A stretch of 58,876 nucleotides of DNA from a virus (lineage: Duplodnaviria; Caudoviricetes): the IMG/VR virus record IMGVR_UViG_3300017706_000666, positions 1-58,876 of that record. One strand, 5' to 3'. Within the stretch, counting starts at the first letter, position 1, and every line of letters starts with the position of its first letter. The notes beneath the pieces are model-generated. The model saw only the letters and a program-made list of their open reading frames with translations, searched no databases and was not told the DNA's origin. Shown one piece after another: positions 10,510 through 20,256 of the stretch. Both the position numbers and the translations under genes were made by a program.

Positions 10510-10542
10510 TTTAATCTAATTGAAATCCAAGAAGAGGAATAA

Positions 10543-10565
10543 GGGGGAGAGCGAATCCCTCCCCC
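10543..10565 (-). terminator. Hairpin downstream of major capsid gene (terminator or stabiliser)
   Basis: GGGGGAG...CTCCCCC stem followed by a pyrimidine-rich tract on the minus strand. Confidence 0.5.
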
Positions 10566-10586
10566 CATTCCGGTATTAGTCAGCTA

Positions 10587-12050
10587 TTACGCAGAGGCAC
10601 CTTTGATGAGAACGTGCTGGTTAGCAGCGCGAGTCACGAGGTTGCACTCAGAGCGGTAGTTGAACTTAGCAACGTCCTTGCCGTCGGTCTTGAAACCGAG
10701 GACACCACCACCAGTTACCCAGTGCTCCATCTCGCGGCTGTAACCGCCAGCGGCCTTGCAGTTCATCTCCAAGGCGGGAGCTCTGTTACCCGTTTGTGGG
10801 TCAGCAACAGTAGTGAGAGGAATCATTACACCAGCAACCAAGTTGGTAGCGATGTCGCCGACTCCGCTAGCTCCGAGGAGAGTGGGGTCGTTCAACAGCT
10901 TCCATCCGTGCTTGTGGAATGTGTATCCGCCACGAGTAAAGGAAGAGAAGCCGAGGTTGGCTGCCATGTCCTTGTTGTTTTGGAAAGCTCCGAAGCTACC
11001 CTGCAAACCAGCAGTAGAAGCAGTACCACCCTTGGAAAGCATATTATCCAAAGTCAGCATCTGGTCCGTGTTGGCGTAGATAGCGTACTCAGCAGGACAT
11101 CCGTTCTTGTCCATCATCTTGATGACTTGGTCAATGTCTCCAAAGTCGGTGAGGGTCTCACCAATGACGTCGGAAGTAACCAAACCTCTGTCCTCCAAAG
11201 CAGCGAAGTATCCTTCAGTACCTGAGATTCCAGACAAAGCAGCGTCGGTAGAAGTCACCTTCTGACCGAGGAGCATCATCATCTCTCTCTTGTCGAGGAA
11301 ACGTTGACGTGTATCAGCCTCAGACTTCAAGTACCAGCGGTAGTCGCCACCACCCACATCGATGTAGCCGATGTTGGTAGCTTGAGAACCAGACACCTCG
11401 TAAGACTCCTTAACGATGACGTACGGGTTCTTTCTCATAACAACGTTAGACTGGAGGAAAAAGTCCGGCTGGTCAGTTCCCTGAGCGTACATGTTACCAA
11501 TGATGATAGCGCTAACAGCATCATTGTCAGAAGCAGCAGTAAGTCCGCCAGTAAGGAGAGACTTGATGGTAACCTCACTACCAGCAGCGTTCACGGCAGA
11601 GACATAAGCTCTTTCGTTTCCATTGATAATGAGTACGTCACCCTTGCGAGCAACGTTCTGAGAGGTTGTTCCCTCGGTGTATCCTGATGCAGCATCGGCA
11701 TAAAGAACTCCGTCGATAACACCCGAAACTGCGCCCGAAGCCACTGCACCTTTGAAAGCACCAGTCAACTTCTGGTGGAGGCGAGCCTCTTCCCAGTAAG
11801 TCACTTCGTCGTTTGTTCCGGATGAGTTGACAGCACCAGTGAGCTTCAAGAAGCCAGTGATACCTTGGTCACCGAAGGTCTTGATGAGGTTGGCACGGAT
11901 GTCCGGTGCGTTTACCTCGTCAATAAAGTCATGCAAGGAGGTATACTTTACCGGGTCTTGCAGGTTGTAAAGGGAATTGGAAATCCCTTTGGGGTTGACA
12001 GCAGCAACATTGTTGCCACCGCTTTGTTGGGTTACGTTAATCGCAGCCAT
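10587..12050 (-). CDS. Major capsid protein
   Basis: 487 aa, downstream of an acidic scaffold gene. Motifs WEEARLH, GTEGYFAALEDRG, LGFSSFTRGGYTFHK and YRSEC resemble crAss-like MCPs. Confidence 0.85.
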   Translation of the reverse strand: MAAINVTQQSGGNNVAAVNPKGISNSLYNLQDPVKYTSLHDFIDEVNAPDIRANLIKTFGDQGITGFLKLTGAVNSSGTNDEVTYWEEARLHQKLTGAFKGAVASGAVSGVIDGVLYADAASGYTEGTTSQNVARKGDVLIINGNERAYVSAVNAAGSEVTIKSLLTGGLTAASDNDAVSAIIIGNMYAQGTDQPDFFLQSNVVMRKNPYVIVKESYEVSGSQATNIGYIDVGGGDYRWYLKSEADTRQRFLDKREMMMLLGQKVTSTDAALSGISGTEGYFAALEDRGLVTSDVIGETLTDFGDIDQVIKMMDKNGCPAEYAIYANTDQMLTLDNMLSKGGTASTAGLQGSFGAFQNNKDMAANLGFSSFTRGGYTFHKHGWKLLNDPTLLGASGVGDIATNLVAGVMIPLTTVADPQTGNRAPALEMNCKAAGGYSREMEHWVTGGGVLGFKTDGKDVAKFNYRSECNLVTRAANQHVLIKGASA

Positions 12051-12062
12051 GATTTCTTATTT

Positions 12063-13181
12063 TCAGATTTTGAAAGTTAATGTAGAAGAACCACCGAAGG
12101 CATTGATAATCTGTTCGTCGAGTCCGCTTGGCTGCTGAGAAGTGTCACGTTGATTGGGCTGGTTGCTCACGTTGGCAGCCGTCTCCACCACCTTCCTCTG
12201 TCCGTCACTCATACCTTGTTGGTACACAGAACGAACAATAGAATCGATGTTGTCAATGACCGCACGGTGTGCGTTCAGCTTCTCGTAGTTCCACTCACCA
12301 GAGTCGAAGACGTAGTCGTCGAAGTAGTTTTCAATCTGACTGTTTTTTGATACAAGTTCCTTGCGGTAGTTATCGTTGATTCCAAAGGTGAAGTTCTCAC
12401 CCGTAGGGAGCTCAAAGATGAGTCCGTCAAAGTCCTTGACCTCGGCCTGCATAGCAGACATCCAGTCTTCGGTGATAGGGGATTGCGCTTCAGACTGCTC
12501 GTTCACTGGCAACATATAATCGTCGCGCAGGTTAGAAATAGTCTTCCGTGCGGATTCCGCATCCATCTTCAATTGCAGCTTAGCCATCTTGACATCGCCC
12601 TCATCAAAACGGTCCTCGTCCAGTTTGTATTTGTTTTCGAGCAGCATGCTGACCTCTTCGGTCGTGAGATTGCCGTGCTCTACTACCATCTGGTTTCGTA
12701 CAGCAGTCAGGTCATCCATTTCGGATGGGTTTAGTTGCTGAAACTTGTACCAGTCTTCTGGACTACGACCCGTTTTTTGGACGAAATCATTGATAGCTTG
12801 TACGCGCTCGTCGATTTCAACGGGGTTATTTGAATTAGCCAAAGCAATTGCATCGAAGGAGCTTACATCCGAGCCTAGCTTTTCGCTAAGGTATCGGAGC
12901 ACCTCGGTATCGACGTCAACTTCAGGGCTTGATTCAGGTTCTGTTGTTACTGCCTCTTGAACAGGCTCTTGAACAGGCTCACTAGGTTGAGCTTCAGGCT
13001 CAGCCATAGTCGTCTGAGGTTCAGGAGAAATCTGTTGAACAGGTTCTTCGCTTTGGACAGGCTCCACAGGAGCGTCTGCCACGGTTTGTTCCACAGCATC
13101 TTGTTCTTGATTGAGGTTAGGGGGTGTATCGCTAATTGCAATACCCGCACTCGCAAGTGCGCTTTCGAATTGCTTACTCAT
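12063..13181 (-). CDS. Capsid scaffolding protein
   Basis: Highly acidic, E/P/Q-rich disordered N-terminus, helical core, immediately upstream of MCP. Confidence 0.7.
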   Translation of the reverse strand: MSKQFESALASAGIAISDTPPNLNQEQDAVEQTVADAPVEPVQSEEPVQQISPEPQTTMAEPEAQPSEPVQEPVQEAVTTEPESSPEVDVDTEVLRYLSEKLGSDVSSFDAIALANSNNPVEIDERVQAINDFVQKTGRSPEDWYKFQQLNPSEMDDLTAVRNQMVVEHGNLTTEEVSMLLENKYKLDEDRFDEGDVKMAKLQLKMDAESARKTISNLRDDYMLPVNEQSEAQSPITEDWMSAMQAEVKDFDGLIFELPTGENFTFGINDNYRKELVSKNSQIENYFDDYVFDSGEWNYEKLNAHRAVIDNIDSIVRSVYQQGMSDGQRKVVETAANVSNQPNQRDTSQQPSGLDEQIINAFGGSSTLTFKI

Positions 13182-13183
13182 GA

Positions 13184-13504
13184 TTAATTGTATTTCTTTT
13201 TCTGAGATTTAGGCGGTGTCTTACTGTGACCGCCCTTGCTCCAAAGGAATCTGTTTGCCCAGTATGCGGCACTACCCTTCCTTTTAATATTCTTTGCGTG
13301 TCTACTCTTAAAGGCTTTCCTTGCCTCAGGGCTGTAGTTGTTTCCCATGCTCTGGTCACCAAAGCGTACTAGGGTACCGCCCTCTTGCCCCGGACCAAGT
13401 GTACTGACCACGGCAGCTTTTTTAGTAGCGTGACCGCGCGTCAATTTGGGTTTGTTGACTCCAGCAAAACCCAGTCTCTTAGCCTTTTCTGAAGCACTAG
13501 ACAT
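13184..13504 (-). CDS. Small basic conserved phage protein
   Basis: LVRFGD...RKAFKSRH...SAAYWA motif seen in marine phage/virus proteins; own promoter. Confidence 0.65.
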   Translation of the reverse strand: MSSASEKAKRLGFAGVNKPKLTRGHATKKAAVVSTLGPGQEGGTLVRFGDQSMGNNYSPEARKAFKSRHAKNIKRKGSAAYWANRFLWSKGGHSKTPPKSQKKKYN

Positions 13505-13508
13505 ACTG

Positions 13509-13525
13509 CAAATCTAACAAATATA
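13509..13525 (-). promoter_or_regulatory. Two tandem -7 elements (TAGATTTG 13509-13516, TATATTTG 13518-13525)
   Basis: Both match TAnnTTTG; the proximal one lies 4 nt from the ATG. Confidence 0.65.
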
Positions 13526-13530
13526 AACGT

Positions 13531-13713
13531 TCATGATTTTGGGGTCCTCCAGACCTCTTCCTTCCTGTCAAATTCAACTGGAGACTCAACGTTTAATTCT
13601 TCGTCATCATCTGCAACCAATTCTTCAGCGGAAAACATGAACACCCTGTTTCCTTTGAGGTCCTCAACGACCCATCCGTCTTTTCTTAAAACGTAGATTC
13701 CAGACTCCCACAT
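13531..13713 (-). CDS. Hypothetical protein, 60 aa
   Basis: ORF fills the gap and abuts the upstream stop codon. Confidence 0.55.
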   Translation of the reverse strand: MWESGIYVLRKDGWVVEDLKGNRVFMFSAEELVADDDEELNVESPVEFDRKEEVWRTPKS

Positions 13714-13714
13714 A

Positions 13715-15439
13715 TTAATCGTCGTAAAGATTTACAAAATCAAAAATAATGTGGGCAGTGTCTTGAGCCCCAACGTCGTTCACCTTTTTGATAGTGGTGG
13801 TCTGTGGACTAACACCAATCAACCTTACATCATCTATTGCTAGGTCACCAAAAAATCCTGAGTGACCTGAAAGACTAGTTGTAAATGTCGGTGTGTGATT
13901 CCCCACCTCTGTCTTGGCGCTAGCAACTAACGTAGTGCTGTTTGCTGGTTGGTACACAAAGTAGAAGTGCTGAGTATGATTGTTTACGTCAGACTGAAAC
14001 GAGCTAGACATCATATTTGTGCTAACTGTATCAGAGCCTATCGAGCCACCGTGAAGTGGTATTCTAATCCTTTGCCAGTAAGTATTGAAAGTACTCTGGT
14101 TTGCAGTCATATCAGAATTCTGAATACTTGTTGGCAGGTTTTGATAGTAGCTTTGATATCCGTATGTACTTGATTGAGTAAACCCACTAGTTGCATCGGT
14201 AGGGATGAGAACGTGGGAGTGGGTTACGCCACTCGTGTTGGTTTGGAAATTAAAAGTGCCACCTGTATAGTGCATGCACTTTGCCAACAGGGTAGCGGAG
14301 CCATCTGTTGATGTACTAGAGTTATCGCTATACACATACAAGTTCCCTACAGACGGACCAAAAGAGTATAAGTAAAACTCTAAGTAAACCTGAGTGAAGT
14401 CGCCATTTACAAAGTCGTCATACACCTCGTCTATTTTGACTGACGGGCTCCTAGTAATGTGGTGAATGTTATCACCTCTACCGCTCGTCTCTCCATACAA
14501 AAACTCAGTCTGCCTCGTACTATCGTGAAGACCATTTCCAACATGACCCCCGTAAGGACCAGTATTATTGCTAGTAGTTCCGGTTCTAGCTAGATTCCAG
14601 CTGTGGCAGTGGAGCGAGGTGGAAAGAACAGGGGTCTGAGAGTTAGATAGCGGCTTCCATAAAAGCGCTGTATTGTTTGTTGAGTCGATACATTGACTGC
14701 CCCTCAACCAACCAGTCATGTCCGTTTCGCCCGTAGGATTTGAGGGAGCCCATCCAAGGATACCTGAAGAGTTTTGTGAGGTGTTGTTTGAGGCAGTGGT
14801 AAAACTCGTGTTCTGACCTTCAAAGTCAAAGTCAAACGACAGCTGAACAGTAGTCGATTCGGGAGCGCCTAAAACTATTTGATTGAGTTTTTCGGCGTCG
14901 TCTCCAGCACCACTACTAAATACCGACTCATAAAAAATTTCAATACTGGGAGATAAACCAAAGGTGTCGAACAGTGTGGAGCTTGAATTAATACCCTCTA
15001 CGTTAAACTGAGTCGGGGGACCGTAAGCACGAATCCTAAGCTCAAGGCCCACGAGACCCTGACCAGCACTTATGGTGGTCCCATAACCCAGCAGATTTCT
15101 AACTCCACCAACGGTAACCATGTCGTTCGAACTGTTCGTAAACTGAACTTGCTGCTCCGTTCCTGCTGCTCCTCCATCATTTGTAGAAACAGTAAGCCCC
15201 ATGGAACCAGTATATATAGAAGTTCCTTTCGTTACGGTCGCCCTAATTTGAAACCCCGTTACCCGAAAGGTCCCGTTAGTAGGAAACCCCGTTGGAAGCG
15301 TAATTCCAGAGAGCCTTACACCTTCGCCAATAGCGTTGATGCCCATAGGACCCTCACCCGTGGCGACCATCCTACTGCTGTCCGACGGCGTACCAAAGGT
15401 GGCTTCTACCGTGTTAAATCTAAGTGGGCCCGTAGTCAT
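13715..15439 (-). CDS. Tail/fibre-associated protein with C-terminal MAM-like beta-sandwich
   Basis: Motifs TGPYGGH, FLYGETSG, LEFYLYSFGPSVGNLYVY, WQRIRIPL, GDLAIDDVRL; S/T-rich. Confidence 0.6.
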   Translation of the reverse strand: MTTGPLRFNTVEATFGTPSDSSRMVATGEGPMGINAIGEGVRLSGITLPTGFPTNGTFRVTGFQIRATVTKGTSIYTGSMGLTVSTNDGGAAGTEQQVQFTNSSNDMVTVGGVRNLLGYGTTISAGQGLVGLELRIRAYGPPTQFNVEGINSSSTLFDTFGLSPSIEIFYESVFSSGAGDDAEKLNQIVLGAPESTTVQLSFDFDFEGQNTSFTTASNNTSQNSSGILGWAPSNPTGETDMTGWLRGSQCIDSTNNTALLWKPLSNSQTPVLSTSLHCHSWNLARTGTTSNNTGPYGGHVGNGLHDSTRQTEFLYGETSGRGDNIHHITRSPSVKIDEVYDDFVNGDFTQVYLEFYLYSFGPSVGNLYVYSDNSSTSTDGSATLLAKCMHYTGGTFNFQTNTSGVTHSHVLIPTDATSGFTQSSTYGYQSYYQNLPTSIQNSDMTANQSTFNTYWQRIRIPLHGGSIGSDTVSTNMMSSSFQSDVNNHTQHFYFVYQPANSTTLVASAKTEVGNHTPTFTTSLSGHSGFFGDLAIDDVRLIGVSPQTTTIKKVNDVGAQDTAHIIFDFVNLYDD

Positions 15440-16587
15440 CAGCTCAATTCAACAAAGTCAGAAGAAGGAGCAAACATGATTTGAGTACACGCAACACCAT
15501 CTACCGTACCCTGCTCAACTGCGTACCCCATGTGTCTAACGATATCTCCACTACTAGACGGTCGAAGAAATGTAAACTCGCCAGCAGCTAGGTCTGACAA
15601 GTACAGTATCCCGCCCTTGGCGAAGGTGCCGTTAATCATAGTGTTGGGTACGTTCGCAATGCCGTATGTAAGTCCAGTGAAAAAATCCTGACTGCTTGCA
15701 GCGGCAGCAAGCCTTAAGACCATAAGACCCCTTGATGTACCAACGACATTAGATTGTGCTTCAATCACATCGCCGTTACTGTCAAGACTAATTATTTTAT
15801 CTTGAGGCAGGGTGCTTGAGGTGCATGGAAGATTGACCCATAAACCAACAGCGACCCTATCGCTACCGTTTCCACCCGTGATGTTCAGCTCCGTAGCTAA
15901 GAGACCAGCGTCTATCAGGATGCCGTTAACCTCTCCGTCGTCAGCGTCTGGGTAGAAGTTTAATGACGTTCCAGTTGCTGTAAGTTTTTGAGTGGAGGCG
16001 TCGTAGTTGAGCCTAGACTCTGCATCAAGCTCAGTAGTTGTGCTAGCTACTGTAACCAATCTGTTGACGGAGGCGTTGTTTATAGTAGTTCCTCCACCTA
16101 AACTGCTCTCCGCCACCCAAGTAGTTACAACATCCGCACCCGCCGCAGCACCTCTGAGGTAGTGGTTACCAGATGCTGGTTTGGCAGTCGGAAGATAAAC
16201 TGTGTAGCTGGCACTCATTGCACCGTTTTTCGGTGCTGCAATACCAACGGAGTTTTGGACTAACGAACCATCACCAACCTCTTCAAATAATTTTATAAGC
16301 CCTATTGACTGAGTGGAATTAGAACCGCCTCTAAAACTGACATTACCAAAAAATTCAGTAGAGGTTGCTCCAGCACTACTATTCGCTAATGTTGACCCTA
16401 TAAACTGCGCAATTGTTTGCGTGGTACCTTGAACGTCATCGAACTTTATGAGGAACTTATCTGACGTGAATTGCGTAGAGCCATCACTAGAAATCTTGAG
16501 GGTTCTGTCATCACCACCCGGAACAGACTGGTCCGTAGACCCTATGTTACCATCGTCGCTAGTAAGTACTTTTTTCCAAGTCGCCAT
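15439..16587 (-). CDS. Tail fibre-like protein
   Basis: N-terminal MATWKKVL shared with 16971-18230; beta-rich; C-terminal GGILYLS...PSSSGDIVRHMGYAV. Confidence 0.6.
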   Translation of the reverse strand: MATWKKVLTSDDGNIGSTDQSVPGGDDRTLKISSDGSTQFTSDKFLIKFDDVQGTTQTIAQFIGSTLANSSAGATSTEFFGNVSFRGGSNSTQSIGLIKLFEEVGDGSLVQNSVGIAAPKNGAMSASYTVYLPTAKPASGNHYLRGAAAGADVVTTWVAESSLGGGTTINNASVNRLVTVASTTTELDAESRLNYDASTQKLTATGTSLNFYPDADDGEVNGILIDAGLLATELNITGGNGSDRVAVGLWVNLPCTSSTLPQDKIISLDSNGDVIEAQSNVVGTSRGLMVLRLAAAASSQDFFTGLTYGIANVPNTMINGTFAKGGILYLSDLAAGEFTFLRPSSSGDIVRHMGYAVEQGTVDGVACTQIMFAPSSDFVELS

Positions 16588-16596
16588 GGTGCCGCA

Positions 16597-16779
16597 TTAC
16601 TTTGCCGCCTCCATCACGCCTTTGGATGGCTGCTTTTTCTCTTCTAGTTTCTGCAAACGGACAAATTCTTTATCCAGCTTTTCTATAACCCTTGTCACAA
16701 AGGGAGCGTCTGAAGCCTTAACGGACACCTGTTCAATCGCCTGCTTCACAAAGTAAACCTCTTGAATTTCAAATTTCAT
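16597..16779 (-). CDS. Small helical protein, possible fibre chaperone
   Basis: 60 aa between fibre genes; resembles the neighbouring 57-aa ORF. Confidence 0.55.
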   Translation of the reverse strand: MKFEIQEVYFVKQAIEQVSVKASDAPFVTRVIEKLDKEFVRLQKLEEKKQPSKGVMEAAK

Positions 16780-16797
16780 TTTAATTGATTTTGGTTT

Positions 16798-16971
16798 TTA
16801 CTTGGCCTTTAATTGATTTTGTAGCTTGTTTACTACATCTGCCAGTAAAAGTACATCCTTTCCTTCGAAGCTGCAATCATGCAGCACTTTTAATAGGAAG
16901 GTGAGCTCTTGCTGGGTCAGGGTGTCGGTACTTATTGCACTAGCATCCCTGCTCTTCGAGAGCATACCCAT
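16798..16971 (-). CDS. 57-aa helical protein (not in ORF track), possible fibre chaperone
   Basis: MGMLSKSRDASAISTDTLTQQELTFLLKVLHDCSFEGKDVLLLADVVNKLQNQLKAK; ATG overlaps the upstream TAA. Confidence 0.65.
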   Translation of the reverse strand: MGMLSKSRDASAISTDTLTQQELTFLLKVLHDCSFEGKDVLLLADVVNKLQNQLKAK

Positions 16972-18230
16972 TAGTCAACTCTGATGTAGAGGTCTTTAGC
17001 GTCAGTCTCGAACCAGAATGAACCAACACCTGCACCCGAATCCGAGCCGCCCGGCGTGGCGGTGGTGAAGTCCATAATTGCGATGGGGTGCTTGGTTCCG
17101 GCGGTCTCTGCAACAGAGTTGGCATCAAGAAGTTCCCAACCAGTGAGTTGGGTGTTGTTCCACAAGATGGACGCATAATCACCTTCAGAGCTACTAGCGT
17201 CAGAGACAATGTGGAGACCACCTCCAGTAGCACCAGCGACAGCAAGTGCGTCAGTGCCGTAGGCACTCGTAGGGTCACCGAGACGAATGTTCTTGTCTTC
17301 AACAACAAGGGTTGCTGCATCGAGGGTTGTGGTGGTTCCGTTGACGGTCAAGTTACCGCGAACGACAACCGTAGTGTCGTCACCAGCATCACCAATGTTC
17401 AATGTTTGGGTGCCATTGATTTGCCCCATCCGAGTGATGAGGTTGGCTACAGTAACATCAACGTCCGTACCCGTGGCTGTCATGTCATCAACTACAAGGT
17501 CAATGGTACCGTCGGCATCATCGTATGTGGCTGCAATGCGCGTCTCTGTATTGGACGAAAACATCGCCCCTACGATGTCTTGAACTGCCTCTGTCGTTAA
17601 CTGAGTATCGGCAGTCATATCATCGACAACAAGGTCGATTGTGCCGTCGCCATCCTCGTATGTAGCGGAGATGCGTGTCTCAGTGTTAGACGAGAACATA
17701 GCACCAACAATATCTTGGACCTCTTCCGTGGTAAGCGGCGGAGTATTAGCGGTCATGTCATCTACCACCAAGTTGATATTACCGTTGGTGTCATCGTATG
17801 TAGCAGCGATGCGTGTCTCTGTATTGCTACTAAACATGGCACCAACGATATCCTGAACCGCCTCAGTTGTGAGCTGAGTATCAGCAGTCATATCGTCTAC
17901 AACAAGGTCGATAGTTCCATCACCGTCCTCATAGGTGGCTGAAATTCTCGTCTCAGTGTTAGAGCTGAACATAGCACCAACAATGTCCTGCACCTGCTCG
18001 GTTGTCAGGGGTCCGTCTGTAGCTGCCGAGAACGCACCAGAATTAAAGTCAGCTGTGATGGTTTTCAGCTCACCACTATCAAGAACAATCAGCTCAACCG
18101 AAGGGTGGTTAGTACTCGTTAGTGAGCCAGTGATGTCAGAGAGGCCAGATGCACTTACAGTACCGTCTGTGGTAATGTTAGTAACCGAAATGTTTTGGTC
18201 CTGAAGCAGGACTTTTTTCCATGTTGCCAT
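16971..18230 (-). CDS. Tail fibre-like protein with four ~45-aa tandem repeats
   Basis: Repeat LTTExVQDIVGAMFSSNTETRIxATY...LVVDDMTA occurs four times; GNLTVNGTTTT...VEDKNI fibre motif. Confidence 0.7.
   Translation of the reverse strand: MATWKKVLLQDQNISVTNITTDGTVSASGLSDITGSLTSTNHPSVELIVLDSGELKTITADFNSGAFSAATDGPLTTEQVQDIVGAMFSSNTETRISATYEDGDGTIDLVVDDMTADTQLTTEAVQDIVGAMFSSNTETRIAATYDDTNGNINLVVDDMTANTPPLTTEEVQDIVGAMFSSNTETRISATYEDGDGTIDLVVDDMTADTQLTTEAVQDIVGAMFSSNTETRIAATYDDADGTIDLVVDDMTATGTDVDVTVANLITRMGQINGTQTLNIGDAGDDTTVVVRGNLTVNGTTTTLDAATLVVEDKNIRLGDPTSAYGTDALAVAGATGGGLHIVSDASSSEGDYASILWNNTQLTGWELLDANSVAETAGTKHPIAIMDFTTATPGGSDSGAGVGSFWFETDAKDLYIRVD
17475..18010 (-). repeat. Intragenic tandem repeat, 4 x ~135 bp
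   Basis: Near-identical peptide repeats with synonymous nucleotide divergence. Confidence 0.85.
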
Positions 18231-18256
18231 TACAGGGAGTGTTTAATTTTGTGATT

Positions 18257-18264
18257 CAAAGATA
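18257..18264 (-). promoter_or_regulatory. -7 promoter TATCTTTG
   Basis: TAnnTTTG in the intergenic gap upstream of 18230. Confidence 0.65.
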
Positions 18265-18271
18265 AGGAGTT

Positions 18272-18760
18272 TTAAGTTACTCCGAAGTATAGATTGTCGT
18301 TGGTGTCTGCGTACATACCGCCCTCAAAAGCATCAGGCGGTGACGAAGGGTCAAACTGCTTGAACTCCACCACACCGTCTAGCTTTACCCTACCCGTCCC
18401 GTTTGGGGTAAACTGGATATGACCGTTGGTTTTAGTAGTGGTAATCTTAAACTCTGTACTACCGCTAAATAAATTGAGGTCACCGCCCAGTTGAGGGGAC
18501 GTGTCCTCAACGACATTGTTTAACCCACTTCCAGTACCAATCTCCGTCCAGTTGCTGGCGCTCGTCCAGTCACCACTTCCGTAAATAAAAGGCGTAGTAC
18601 CAACGATTGCCAAGAACCCACTCACCCTAAGGTTTGCATTTAATGCATCTCTCTCACCTGTGTTCGCAAAGAAGCCAAAGCCCTTTACCTGATTTCCAGT
18701 GGCATCAAGAATAGGAGCATTGGGATTGTTGTGCGATACTGGTCCGGGAAAAATTGGCAT
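18272..18760 (-). CDS. Structural/fibre-like protein
   Basis: VVEDTSPQLGGDL and TPNGTGRVKL fibre-type motifs. Confidence 0.6.
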   Translation of the reverse strand: MPIFPGPVSHNNPNAPILDATGNQVKGFGFFANTGERDALNANLRVSGFLAIVGTTPFIYGSGDWTSASNWTEIGTGSGLNNVVEDTSPQLGGDLNLFSGSTEFKITTTKTNGHIQFTPNGTGRVKLDGVVEFKQFDPSSPPDAFEGGMYADTNDNLYFGVT

Positions 18761-19848
18761 TAGAAATCAATCGTTAGAACCTGACCGGATGCAAAAGCCT
18801 TGTCGAAGTCGCTTCTGTAAAACCGATAGGATGTAGTTACACCATAAGAGTTGGTTAAATTGTAATCTACTGGCGATTGGAAATCAGATAGCACGTCTGT
18901 GCCAGCCAAATCAATCTTATTCAAGTTGCCGAAAGAGGCAGGATAAGCAATCCAAGTATAATTTCCAGCGGTGTCCATAGCGGCGTTAGCCGTGACGTTG
19001 AAGTCAGTTTCGCCTCGCAATTGATTAAACGCAGCCGTCATACCTGAATCAAACAAAGTTTGCGCCGTGGCGTTTGAGTTGATTGAAATAGTAGCAGCAC
19101 CCCCAACCTTTATCCTGTGCTTCCAAGAGATAGAAACAGTACCACTGTTCAATGTCAAGTCGCCTAAACCAGAGCCACCGTCGTCAACCACGGTAGCCTT
19201 GTAGCTAATGCTAGTTACAGTACCGGGGTCTTGAGTGTCTACAGAGGAAAGCGTCTTCGTTCCATTCGCGTCAGAGATTCCTGTCTCAACCTCAGTGCTT
19301 CCCCTCAAGAACTTAACAGAATTGTCTGTAGTCTGAGAGTTGTCTCCAATAGAAATGGTAAAGGCGGAAACCTTTACTCCCTGCCCGACCTCCAGAGTTT
19401 CACTTGAGCTAAGCGTACTGGCTGAGCCGTAGCTGCCTCCAGACTGTTGCTTTGCCCTAGTGATTGAAGACATCGTAATTGTTGTCCTGTTATACACCTC
19501 AAGCATATCCCTTAAGATGGCCTCAACAGATGTGCCCGCGCTGATGGGACTAGTCATGTGAGAGAACGCAGCGTCATTGTTTGACACTGTGATTTGAGCG
19601 GCAATGTCTGGTGAACCGCCTGCTCCCGCAGGGCCTTGTGGACCCTGTGGTCCAGCAGGTCCCTGTGCGCCTGTAGCCCCGGCTGGGCCAGCACCAATAG
19701 CGCCAGCAATACTGACGTTCTTATTCGCTACCTGATTAAGGGTAACGACTTTAGTCTCCGAGCCACCCTTAACAATAGACACCTTAATGATGTCACCGTG
19801 TTGGCTAGATACCTTTACATTCTTAGGCTGGGTTACACTTACAGGCAT
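18760..19848 (-). CDS. Collagen-repeat structural protein
   Basis: Short G-X-Y run GPAGATGAQGPAGPQGPQGPAG followed by Ig-like beta domains. Confidence 0.7.
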   Translation of the reverse strand: MPVSVTQPKNVKVSSQHGDIIKVSIVKGGSETKVVTLNQVANKNVSIAGAIGAGPAGATGAQGPAGPQGPQGPAGAGGSPDIAAQITVSNNDAAFSHMTSPISAGTSVEAILRDMLEVYNRTTITMSSITRAKQQSGGSYGSASTLSSSETLEVGQGVKVSAFTISIGDNSQTTDNSVKFLRGSTEVETGISDANGTKTLSSVDTQDPGTVTSISYKATVVDDGGSGLGDLTLNSGTVSISWKHRIKVGGAATISINSNATAQTLFDSGMTAAFNQLRGETDFNVTANAAMDTAGNYTWIAYPASFGNLNKIDLAGTDVLSDFQSPVDYNLTNSYGVTTSYRFYRSDFDKAFASGQVLTIDF

Positions 19849-19857
19849 TGTCTTTCA

Positions 19858-20256
19858 TTACGCTGTTTCAGAAATGTCCTCGTTCACCTTAAGTGTACCA
19901 TAAATCAAAGTAGCTACAGAACTGTCGGAAGCTGCTTTCTGCTCAATATCATAAACGTAAAGTCCAGCTGGCATAGTCTTCATAACGGTCGCAGCTACAG
20001 TGAAGTCAATATATTGTGCAGTGACGTCCGTGCCAGAAGCAGTAACGGTTGCAGTAAAGTTGGCACTACCGTTGCTCACCAGAGAACCGACATCGGAATT
20101 CCTTACCTCAAAAAGAAAAACATCATTCGCCGCGAAGCCAGCAGCATCACCCGCCGCGTTGGTAATAGTCAAGCGAAGAGAGAACGTGTCTCCCTTTCTA
20201 CAAGTAACATCCACTCTGGACGAAGTATCTAGATTGATTTTTGTTGCGTTACTCAT
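19858..20256 (-). CDS. Fibre adaptor/baseplate-like small beta protein
   Basis: KGDTF...AGLYVYDIEQ...LIYGTLKV pattern of BppU-like Ig domains. Confidence 0.55.
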   Translation of the reverse strand: MSNATKINLDTSSRVDVTCRKGDTFSLRLTITNAAGDAAGFAANDVFLFEVRNSDVGSLVSNGSANFTATVTASGTDVTAQYIDFTVAATVMKTMPAGLYVYDIEQKAASDSSVATLIYGTLKVNEDISETA

